From: Leptospirales bacterium
Lineage (GTDB): Bacteria; Spirochaetota; Leptospiria; Leptospirales; Leptonemataceae
NCBI GenBank assembly: GCA_019694655.1
Contig: JAIBBN010000004.1
Location: 146,348-210,347, forward strand
Direction of reading: 5' to 3'
Length of the DNA stretch: 64,000 bases
This document shows, in pieces, positions 25,215 to 33,251 of the stretch. The translations under genes were made by a program, and so were the position numbers. The notes below the pieces were generated by a model that worked only from the letters and a program-made list of their open reading frames with translations, ran no database searches and was not told the DNA's origin. The first letter of the stretch is position 1; every line of letters begins with the position of its first letter.

Positions 25215-26378
25215 ATGGACTACTTACGATCTCCCTATCTGCTCTACCCTCTCATGTTTTCGGCAGCGCTGTTGTTGCTGGATAAGCTATTCCTGCTGCC
25301 GGAGGTGCGCGATTGCTTTTTGCAGCCCGGCGGCATGGTCTACTACCGTCAGCGTCAGGGTATGCTTGAAACGCTGCCGGAAAAACTGCGCCCCTCCGCA
25401 GGCGCTGGCGTCGCCGTGGTTTTTGGCGACTCGCGATCTTTTGCTGTGAGCAATTGGAGTCTCTACGCGACCGGCGACCATCGTCTGTCCGTCTACAACT
25501 TCGCCGGTCCGCAGGCCAATCTAGCCTACCATGCCTACCTCGCGGAACGCATCTTTCAGGGGCCGCTGCGGCCGGAGATTCTCTGGCTTGGATTGTCGCC
25601 GGATGCCTTCAATCGCAATGGCTTCCTCTTCGGCGACCCGGTCTTGAAATTTGGCGTAGATTCCACATTTGTGGATCAATACCGCAGCGAAATTCCGGCG
25701 CCGGATCTCGAGGTATATGAGAGCAGTCGTCGCTTTGCATTGCCAGGAATGAATTTCTCCTTTCGGGCGCTGGTGCGACGTCTGCGCGGCGAGCTGCAGG
25801 GCGAAGCCCGCTATTCGCCGCTGGTGGCGCAAGCGCAAGCCGGGGCGCTGATGCAAGGCTGGCAAATTCCAGAAAGCCAGCGCGCAGCTTTTGCTGATGC
25901 AGTCTTTCGTCCGCAGCGCGACTCGCTGGAGGACTACTGTTATGCGACCAATCCTGAACGCATTCGGCTCGATGGCGCAAACGGCGCTCAATTCAACTGG
26001 TTTGGACAGGCCGACGACAAGAAGTTGCGCGAGGAATCAGAACGCTTGCGGAAGCTGTACCTCAACCATTTCCTTGTGTCCCAGGAACAGTTTTTCTATT
26101 TCAGTAAAGTATTGCGTCGCGCCCGTCAGTCGGGGGCTCGGATAGTAGTCTTCTGGCCGCGGGTCAATCCATACCTGCAGAAGGCCTACGCTGGCGAGCC
26201 GGCAATTGCCGCAGTCTGGCGACGCGTCGTGCAAATGACTGAAGCCGCAGGCGGCGCAGCGCTCAATCTGAATGAGACCGGCGCCATGCGCTGCAATCTG
26301 TTTTACGACGCCAGCCACATGTCCTATAGCTGCTTTCCAGAGGTCAGCGCCCTGCTGTTAGCCCACACGCCGCACTGA
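25215..26378 (+). CDS. putative SGNH/GDS-motif partner of the MBOAT acyltransferase (DUF1574-like)
   Basis: 387 aa, starting 4 nt after the MBOAT stop. N-terminal anchor, then 'VAVVFGDSRSF', which resembles SGNH block I (GDS). The DUF1574 assignment is from memory of the context and is not verified. Confidence 0.6.
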   Translation: MDYLRSPYLLYPLMFSAALLLLDKLFLLPEVRDCFLQPGGMVYYRQRQGMLETLPEKLRPSAGAGVAVVFGDSRSFAVSNWSLYATGDHRLSVYNFAGPQANLAYHAYLAERIFQGPLRPEILWLGLSPDAFNRNGFLFGDPVLKFGVDSTFVDQYRSEIPAPDLEVYESSRRFALPGMNFSFRALVRRLRGELQGEARYSPLVAQAQAGALMQGWQIPESQRAAFADAVFRPQRDSLEDYCYATNPERIRLDGANGAQFNWFGQADDKKLREESERLRKLYLNHFLVSQEQFFYFSKVLRRARQSGARIVVFWPRVNPYLQKAYAGEPAIAAVWRRVVQMTEAAGGAALNLNETGAMRCNLFYDASHMSYSCFPEVSALLLAHTPH

Positions 26379-26420
26379 AATCCTCTTGCCCAATGCTGTC
26401 AGGCGGGCGATACTACAGGC

Positions 26421-27086
26421 ATGAAGCGAGTGCTGGAGCTATTTGATCGCCTGACGGCGGGACTGCCGCCAGCAGCGCTGCAAATCATACGACTTGGCGC
26501 CCTGCTGCTGTGGCTGTTGGGCGCTGTGGTCGTATCTTATTTTGCCTGGAATCGCGGCGGTCAAAGCGCCCCGCAGCGTGGCCAGGACCTGTCGCTTTCT
26601 GAAATTCGGGAGCGCGTGGAGCGCGAGCAGAACCTGCATCGCACCGGCGACCTGAATATTCCTGATCTGAATGAGCTGGTTCCCGAGCAACGGCCCTACC
26701 GCAGTCCCTACGAACACGAAGACCAGCGCGCCGTCGATCTGGCCGGCGAGGATTCTCGATTGCAAGCGCCGGCGCCGCCGCAGGCAATGGAGGGCCGTAA
26801 TGAGAGTTTGCCCTTTGTCGGCGAAAACCGATTGAGTCCGGTGATGCCGCCGCCGGGGCGCAGCGTCGAACCGCCGCCGGTCTCTTCTGGAATGCTGCCC
26901 CTGCCCGAGGATCGTCGACCGCTGCCTGATGCTCGCCCCTCGAACCTGGAGCGAAGCGGCGACCGGTCGACGCCGACGCCATCGACTTCAGGCGCAAGGC
27001 CAGCGTTGTTGCCCTCTGCCGCAGAGGACAGCAACGGCGCAAGCGGCCGCGCCAACACGGACGATCTTCCCTTTCTTCCGGAGTAA
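26421..27086 (+). CDS. single-pass membrane protein with Pro-rich extracytoplasmic tail
   Basis: 221 aa. One TM segment, 'IIRLGALLLWLLGAVVVSYFAW'. The remainder is low-complexity and rich in P/E/R/S. Confidence 0.55.
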   Translation: MKRVLELFDRLTAGLPPAALQIIRLGALLLWLLGAVVVSYFAWNRGGQSAPQRGQDLSLSEIRERVEREQNLHRTGDLNIPDLNELVPEQRPYRSPYEHEDQRAVDLAGEDSRLQAPAPPQAMEGRNESLPFVGENRLSPVMPPPGRSVEPPPVSSGMLPLPEDRRPLPDARPSNLERSGDRSTPTPSTSGARPALLPSAAEDSNGASGRANTDDLPFLPE

Positions 27087-27092
27087 TCTGGG

Positions 27093-27845
27093 ATGACCGC
27101 GCGATGCAGTGTGAAACTCAGCGCAACGCTGGCTTTGCTTGCGGCGAGTTTGCTGCCGCTGGCGGCGCAGTCGCCTTCGGATTTGCCGGGCGACAATGCA
27201 AGGGTCAACTACGAGCTGGCTTACATTTATCTCTTACGGGACGACTCCGAAGGCGCCCGTCCTTATCTGGAGAGCGCCATCCAGAGCGGCGGACCGTACG
27301 CCGACCTTTCGCGCATTGAACTGTTGCGCATTGAAGCGCGGGCGGGCGAGGAGGATGCAGCGCTGGCTGCCGTGCGCAGTCGGACGTTGAGCATGGAAGA
27401 TCGCCGTTTGTTGCCGCGGGCCTGGCTGGCCGGCGCCCAGGCGCTGGCCGCCGCCGGTCGAAGAGCTCAGGCCTTTGCCTTTGCCTCCGAGCTTGCGCTC
27501 CGCTTTCCGGAAGCGGACGAGGCCCTGCGGGCCCTGCTGCTGTGCGCACGTTTGGCGCGCGAAGATGAGCGCACCGACGCCGCCGCTGAGCTGTTGTTGC
27601 GAGCAGTGCGGGACTACAGCCAGCTGTCCGGAGCGGATGAGGCTTACCTGTCAATTGCACGCCTCTACCTTGCGCCGGGACCGCGACTGAATCCTTTTCG
27701 CGCCTGTTCCTTCCTGACCAGGATGCTGCAGGCGCCACAATTTCGGGAATCGGCGCTGCGGCCGGATGCAACGACGTTATCCGTCGAATTCTGCGGCTAC
27801 GAGCCCCGCGACAGCCTGGAAGAGCCCCTCTCGCCGGCGGAATAG
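27093..27845 (+). CDS. secreted TPR-like repeat protein
   Basis: Signal peptide 'KLSATLALLAASLLPLAAQS'. Ala/Leu-rich helical repeats (for example 'NYELAYIYLLRDDSEGARPYLESAIQ'). Starts 6 nt after the upstream stop. Confidence 0.55.
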   Translation: MTARCSVKLSATLALLAASLLPLAAQSPSDLPGDNARVNYELAYIYLLRDDSEGARPYLESAIQSGGPYADLSRIELLRIEARAGEEDAALAAVRSRTLSMEDRRLLPRAWLAGAQALAAAGRRAQAFAFASELALRFPEADEALRALLLCARLAREDERTDAAAELLLRAVRDYSQLSGADEAYLSIARLYLAPGPRLNPFRACSFLTRMLQAPQFRESALRPDATTLSVEFCGYEPRDSLEEPLSPAE

Positions 27846-27893
27846 TTATTGATAGCCTCTCCCGCGCCCGGCACCCCGACGGGGAGGGGCGGC

Positions 27894-29498
27894 ATGCAAT
27901 TTCGCGCATTGATTGAGTATCCAGAGCTATCTTCAACAGAAACGACTTTGGCGCATCTGTTGTTGCAGATTGAAACGCCGCCGGTCTCCGATTCGCCCAA
28001 TCGGCGGCCGCTGGTTGTTGGCCTGGCGATTGACAAGAGCAAGTCGATGTATGGCGATAAGATCAGCGCAACGCTCGAAGCGGCTGCCTCGCTGGTCAAC
28101 TGGCTGACGCGACACGACAGTCTGGCGGTCATTGCATACGACAGCCAGGTGGAAGTGATCCAACCCCTGACTCCCCTGACAGACAAATTCTCCGTTATCA
28201 AGAAACTCGATAACATCCGCGTGGGCACCTCCACAAATCTCAGCGGCGGCTGGCTCCAGGCCTTGCGCTCGGTCGAGGAGGCGGAGGTTGAGAACGCTTA
28301 CCGTCGGGTCATTTTGCTGACAGATGGCATGGCCAACACCGGCGTGGTAAGCCAGTCCGAGCTGGTTCGCATCGCCGAGGATCACTACCAGCGCGGAATC
28401 AGCACCACCACCATCGGCTTTGGTCGCGACTTTTCAGAGTCCCTGTTGCGCGAAGTGGCCCGCGCCGGCGGCGGCAACTTTTACTTTATCGAAGGTCCGG
28501 AGCAAGCGCACGAAGTATTCTTCAAAGAGTTTGGCGATATCGCCGCCTTGTTTGGTCAGGGCCTCGAGATTCGCCTGCGGCCCTTGCCAGGGGTCACCGT
28601 CAAGGAGATCCTCAACGACGCGCCGCATACAACGGATGAGCAGGGCGACATCGTAATTCGACCGGGCGACTTACGTTCCGACGACTTGCGCAATATTGTT
28701 ATGGTTCTCGAAGTGCAGGGAGCGCAGGCTTCGGCTGCGTCCGGACCGCTGGTGGCCGCGGAGGCATCCTACTACAATATGCTGGAGGGCTCGCGGATGG
28801 AGCGCTTCAGCGCCGAGGCAATGGTCAATTTTAAGGCTCGCGCCTCTACCGGCTTCAACCGCCAGGTGCGACTGGAGTCGCTGCTGGCCGCCTCCGGTCG
28901 CGCAATGATCGAGGCTTCGCGCATCGCCAGCGAGAAAGACCTGTCCGCGGCGCGGGAAATCCTGGCGCAAATGGCGCGCCGGCTTGAAGAAAATGTCAGC
29001 GTCGAACCGGATACGATGAAGCGGATGATTCGTCGCCTGCAGGAGATGGAGCGCAATCTGGAGGAGAATTTGAATCTGGCGCGCAAGCACATGATGGCCG
29101 GCGGAGCGGAACTGAGTCTTCGCGGCGGCGGCGAGGTATTCTTTGGCGGCGCCACTCACGATCGCGTGCTTGAGCTGCCGCTGTCGGGGCAGCTGGATCT
29201 CTATCGTTGTCCAGATCTGAAAGGCGAAATCAAGAGCCAGATCGACAGCGGCTATCGCTATGTAATTTTTGATCTGACCGATCTTTCCTACATCGATTCA
29301 TCGGGGATTGGCGCCATGATCCAGATCTCAAACTGGATGAAGCATCGCGGCGGATTGATGGTGCTGGTCAACACGCAGGGTAGCGTCGAAAAGATATTCC
29401 AGATGAGCAAACTGGATGAATTCTTTGTGTTTAAGGACTCGCCCACAGAGGCGCGTATGTTTCTCGAGGAATTGATCGAGAACCGAAAGCGTAGCTGA
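27894..29498 (+). CDS. von Willebrand factor A domain protein fused to a C-terminal STAS (anti-sigma-factor antagonist) domain
   Basis: The ATG at 27894 is preceded by GGAGG. MIDAS motif 'AIDKSKSM' (DxSxS) and 'ILLTDGMANTG' are present. The C-terminus 'YVIFDLTDLSYIDSSGIGAMIQI...GGLMVLVNTQGSVEKIFQMSKLDEFF' is SpoIIAA/RsbV-like, with the phosphorylatable Ser in DSSG. Confidence 0.8.
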   Translation: MQFRALIEYPELSSTETTLAHLLLQIETPPVSDSPNRRPLVVGLAIDKSKSMYGDKISATLEAAASLVNWLTRHDSLAVIAYDSQVEVIQPLTPLTDKFSVIKKLDNIRVGTSTNLSGGWLQALRSVEEAEVENAYRRVILLTDGMANTGVVSQSELVRIAEDHYQRGISTTTIGFGRDFSESLLREVARAGGGNFYFIEGPEQAHEVFFKEFGDIAALFGQGLEIRLRPLPGVTVKEILNDAPHTTDEQGDIVIRPGDLRSDDLRNIVMVLEVQGAQASAASGPLVAAEASYYNMLEGSRMERFSAEAMVNFKARASTGFNRQVRLESLLAASGRAMIEASRIASEKDLSAAREILAQMARRLEENVSVEPDTMKRMIRRLQEMERNLEENLNLARKHMMAGGAELSLRGGGEVFFGGATHDRVLELPLSGQLDLYRCPDLKGEIKSQIDSGYRYVIFDLTDLSYIDSSGIGAMIQISNWMKHRGGLMVLVNTQGSVEKIFQMSKLDEFFVFKDSPTEARMFLEELIENRKRS

Positions 29499-29566
29499 GC
29501 GCCCGACTGTCCCGCCGGGAATTGGCTTTCCGCTGCAAAATGGCGGGGAGCGAGGCGTTATACGAT

Positions 29567-29578
29567 ACTGTATACAGT
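29567..29578. promoter_or_regulatory. perfect 12-bp palindrome ACTGTATACAGT upstream of the OMP gene (candidate operator)
   Basis: Seen directly in the 136-nt intergenic region, 57 nt upstream of the ATG at 29635. Confidence 0.3.
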
Positions 29579-29634
29579 GCGGTCCAGTCGGAACAATTTC
29601 CACAAATGGATCGTCTAAAGCGATACGCGCAGCC

Positions 29635-31524
29635 ATGCCCCGATTTCGAAGAGGAAATTGGAGCGCCAGCCAGAGGGCGGCGTTCATACTGTTCGCCGGC
29701 CTGGCGCTGATCGGCCCGGCGGAGTCGCTTTGGGCGGAGACCTCCAGCCTGCAAAACCTCTGGACGCCGGCAGGATACGGCTCCGGCGCCAACCTGGAGG
29801 GAACCGGCTTTGGCTTCAGTACTGGCTTCAAAGAGCTGAACAACGATTACTATCTGGAGGTTTCCCCCTTTCTGGAAATCCCGCTGGGCGGTTTTGCAAT
29901 TGGGCTGCAGATACCGCTGGAAGTCCTGGTTGTAGATCGCGATCCAAAGGAAGAAGGTAAGACGCCAAGCATCCGCGCCGGGACCTTTGATGACGCTTAC
30001 GACTATATCAAATTGATACAGTACGTCCGCTACGGCACGCACCTCTATTTTGATCCTGATGATAGTTTCAACTGGTCCTTTTTCTACGGAAAGATGACCG
30101 ATGGCTGGCTTGGTCACCGCACTGTAATATCGCAATACGTAAACAACTACGATGCTACCGTCTTTCGCGCCGGTTTGATGGCTGATATCAACAATACCTG
30201 GGGCGGCCTCGAGTATTTTAGCTCGGATGTGTGGCGACAAGAGGTGGTCGGTTATCGCGGCTACATTCGTCCGGTTGGAATATTTATCTCGGCCCGCAAT
30301 CTGCTTTTTGCCGATTCCGGGCGCCGGGCGCGGGCCATCGCGTTGCAGTCAATGCCGGAACTCAATCCGGAGCTGGCGCGCACCGGCGGCTACTTCTTAC
30401 AGCAGCATATCCCGGAGCAGGGGCGCGGCGGTCGACTGCAGCAGCATTTACATGGCCGGGTGCGTGAAGATTTGCGTTCGCGCGGCGTGGATCCTGATCA
30501 CCCCGATGGCAGCGGATCACAGGCCGGCGGCGCCAGCGGTCCGGGAGGAAACGGCGGAGCTGGACCGGCCAACGGCAGCCCGGGGACGCAACCGCGCTAC
30601 GAAGAAGTCATCGATCCGATCACGGGGGAACGCAGCGTGCGCGAGGTTGCGCCAGCGGCGGCGGACGAAGCCGCAGGCAGCGAGAGCGACTCGAACGCCT
30701 GGGATGCCTCCTTCTGGAGCAGGATCGCCATTGGCGCCTTTCGCATCAGTGATATCGATGCTCCATTGACGCTCGAATCAGACGGTTCGGGAAACCTGGT
30801 GGTTGATCCCGATACCTTGCGACCGCGCGGCCTGAGCGTCGAGACGCTGACCTTCGAAGGCTACGACGCAGAGTTTCGCCTTTCGCCGCTGCGCTGGATG
30901 GACCTCACGCCTTACGCCGACAGCATCCGGATCAAAGACCTCGATGGCAGCGAAGGCATCCACGCGGGGGTCAACTTTGAATTGAAACTTCCGCTGGATA
31001 TCAACCTGAGCATCAAGCCGGAGTACCGCGAACACAGCGCCAACTATATTCCAACTTACTTTGACCAATTCCACGTTATTGAACGCACCGTCTATGATCC
31101 GACGGCCTCCGGCGTGAGTATTACCAAGCTCAAGTACTTGCAGTCGCTGGACGCTGACGGAGAGCGGGTCAAGGGCTACTTCATTGACCTGCGCTTTGAT
31201 TGGCTGCACACGCTGGTCGTTCAAGGCAACTACCAGGACTATGATGGTCCGGACAACTCGCAGATCTTTATCGGCATCTACCTGCCTGGTCTTTGGCTGT
31301 TCTACTTCAATGGCTACTACACCAAGAAGGACTACGATGCACTGGCCGATTCGTTTGAGTTTGACGATCGATCGCTGGCGGCGGCTCAGCTTGGTCTCAA
31401 TCTGTTTGCTGGCTTTGCGGTTCAAGTGAACTTTCAGCGTACCTGGGAATGGGATGAAACGCAAAGCGCCTACATCGCGCAGGATGAAACTACCTACGGC
31501 TTTGGCTATTCCTCCAATTTTTGA
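29635..31524 (+). CDS. putative outer-membrane beta-barrel protein
   Basis: 629 aa. Signal 'AAFILFAGLALIGPAESLWA'. Alternating aromatic and polar beta-strand patterns. Internal Gly/Pro-rich insert. C-terminal '...YGFGYSSNF' ends in Phe, as is typical of OMPs. Confidence 0.65.
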   Translation: MPRFRRGNWSASQRAAFILFAGLALIGPAESLWAETSSLQNLWTPAGYGSGANLEGTGFGFSTGFKELNNDYYLEVSPFLEIPLGGFAIGLQIPLEVLVVDRDPKEEGKTPSIRAGTFDDAYDYIKLIQYVRYGTHLYFDPDDSFNWSFFYGKMTDGWLGHRTVISQYVNNYDATVFRAGLMADINNTWGGLEYFSSDVWRQEVVGYRGYIRPVGIFISARNLLFADSGRRARAIALQSMPELNPELARTGGYFLQQHIPEQGRGGRLQQHLHGRVREDLRSRGVDPDHPDGSGSQAGGASGPGGNGGAGPANGSPGTQPRYEEVIDPITGERSVREVAPAAADEAAGSESDSNAWDASFWSRIAIGAFRISDIDAPLTLESDGSGNLVVDPDTLRPRGLSVETLTFEGYDAEFRLSPLRWMDLTPYADSIRIKDLDGSEGIHAGVNFELKLPLDINLSIKPEYREHSANYIPTYFDQFHVIERTVYDPTASGVSITKLKYLQSLDADGERVKGYFIDLRFDWLHTLVVQGNYQDYDGPDNSQIFIGIYLPGLWLFYFNGYYTKKDYDALADSFEFDDRSLAAAQLGLNLFAGFAVQVNFQRTWEWDETQSAYIAQDETTYGFGYSSNF

Positions 31525-31644
31525 GGCCGGGCGTTTGGCGGGGTTCGCACCGGCCGGCAGACGGCGCTGCAATGCGCCGCGGTCGATTTGCTTCCGGCGG
31601 GAAAAAATGCAAACTCCGCTGCGCTTTCTGCCGATTTCTGTGCT

Positions 31645-32175
31645 ATGGAAATACGCGGTCTCAATCCTGAACTTTCGGCCATGGCCCTTCGCGGTCAGCT
31701 CAGCGGTCGCAAGCTGGCCGACCTGATTCGGCTGCGGGAAATCGTCGATCGCATTGCTACCAGCCGCTACGTGAGCGAAGAGGCGCTCCGCAAGTTGCAG
31801 GAGCGTTTTGGCGTAGGCCCTGATATTGTCAGCTGGGGCGACTACTTTCAGACTGAGCTGGCCAGCCTCTACCATGGCCTGAATGATACGGAATTCAGCG
31901 GCATCATTGATACTGTGCGTTTCGATCTAATTGCCGCGCATAAGGTCTTTCTGGGCAAGCCGCCGGAATTTCTGTCCAGCGTTGAAGCCGAGGGCCTTGC
32001 CGTCTACGGCAAGGATCGCAATGACTGGACGCCAGCCGACGAGGAAAGCGCGCACCTATATATCCTGATGCAATACTTTCGTGAATTGGGCCTGAACCAG
32101 GCGCGACTTGGCGCTGAAGACGAAGAGTGGTTCAATGGCTTCGTTTCTCAGGAACGGCGCCATGCTGCCGGCTAG
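31645..32175 (+). CDS. hypothetical cytoplasmic protein
   Basis: An internal ATG (MEIRGLNPELS...) of ORF 31588..32175. Protein-like composition. No family recognised. Confidence 0.5.
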   Translation: MEIRGLNPELSAMALRGQLSGRKLADLIRLREIVDRIATSRYVSEEALRKLQERFGVGPDIVSWGDYFQTELASLYHGLNDTEFSGIIDTVRFDLIAAHKVFLGKPPEFLSSVEAEGLAVYGKDRNDWTPADEESAHLYILMQYFRELGLNQARLGAEDEEWFNGFVSQERRHAAG

Positions 32176-33061
32176 ATTTCACGGTTCGCTTCTTGTTCTG
32201 CTGCTTGGCGCTCCGGCAATTCCGCTGGCGGCCCAAAACGCTCCCGCTCAAAATCAGAATGCCGCCGCCAATGCAGATGTGAGTACGCCAGCGACCCCGG
32301 CGTCAGGCGGCCAGAACGACTCGTCGCCCGGCGCTGCGGAATTGCCGACACAGGGCGAGCGCGTCCGCCGTCTGCGCCGCGAACAGATTCTGCGCGAAGG
32401 CGAGCAGAGTTATGGCTACGCGCGCGAACTGGCCGACGACGGCATGCAGACGCGCGCCATTGAAATTCTCCAGGATTTTCTCGATTTGCACGCTGATCAT
32501 CCGCGACGTGCAAGCGCACTGCAATTGCTGGCGCGCTTGCAAAGCGAAGCAGGTCATATCGAGCAAGCGGTCAGTGCGCTGGCGCGCGCCTACCGCGAGG
32601 CGCCGGCCGCTGAGACTGCGGCGCGCGCCTATCTTCAAGCCGGGCGTTTGCTGGCCGGGCAGGGCGAAACCGAACGCGCCCGCCGCATTTTTGTAGAGGT
32701 GCAAGCGCGGGACCCAGGTTCTCTGACCAGTCGGCTGGCCGAGCAGGAACTCCTGGCCCTGGACCTGCCGCCGGCGCAGCGGACGCCAGCCGCCAATGGC
32801 AACCGGGAGGCGCCAGCAGAAGCGGCTTCGACGCCCTTGTTCCCCGCGGAAAGGACCAGAGCGGACGACGCGGCGCAGCCGAGGGGGGCGCAGCCGATCC
32901 CCGCCAATCCGATGCCCATGTCAGCCGCAGACGGCGGCGAGGCGGCCGCCGGCCGCGCAGCGCAAGAGAGCGCAAACAATATGCGCTCTGCCGCGCTGGA
33001 CCGGATGGGCGAAGGCATAGAAGCTATGCCAGATGAGCAGAGGGCTGCCGACCAAAATTGA
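32162..33061 (+). CDS. secreted TPR-repeat protein
   Basis: An internal ATG gives the signal 'MLPARFHGSLLVLLLGAPAIPLAAQ'. TPR-like 'YGYARELADDGMQTRAIEILQDFL', 'ALQLLARLQSEAGHIEQAVSALARAY' and 'ARAYLQAGRLLAGQGETERARRIF'. Low-complexity tail. Confidence 0.6.
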   Translation: MLPARFHGSLLVLLLGAPAIPLAAQNAPAQNQNAAANADVSTPATPASGGQNDSSPGAAELPTQGERVRRLRREQILREGEQSYGYARELADDGMQTRAIEILQDFLDLHADHPRRASALQLLARLQSEAGHIEQAVSALARAYREAPAAETAARAYLQAGRLLAGQGETERARRIFVEVQARDPGSLTSRLAEQELLALDLPPAQRTPAANGNREAPAEAASTPLFPAERTRADDAAQPRGAQPIPANPMPMSAADGGEAAAGRAAQESANNMRSAALDRMGEGIEAMPDEQRAADQN

Positions 33062-33251
33062 TTTACGCTGCCGGGGCGCATAGTTTCCTTCCCGTCAGTC
33101 GGTAATCCGGACCCCCGTCTGGCGCCGATATAGATACGCAGCAAGCAGCAGGCGCCTCCGGTCCCGCGCTGCTTCAAGGGACGGACGAGCGAGGGATCGC
33201 TTGCGTCGTCTGGCCTTTGTAGTTGAGAGAGTGTGACGGTTTTAGAGAACT

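Noticed and set aside
29567-29578. The ACTGTATACAGT palindrome as a LexA/SOS box
   Set aside because: The E. coli-type box is CTGT-N8-ACAG, but here the spacing is CTGT-N4-ACAG. The downstream gene is an OMP, not a DNA-repair gene. It is kept only as a generic candidate operator.
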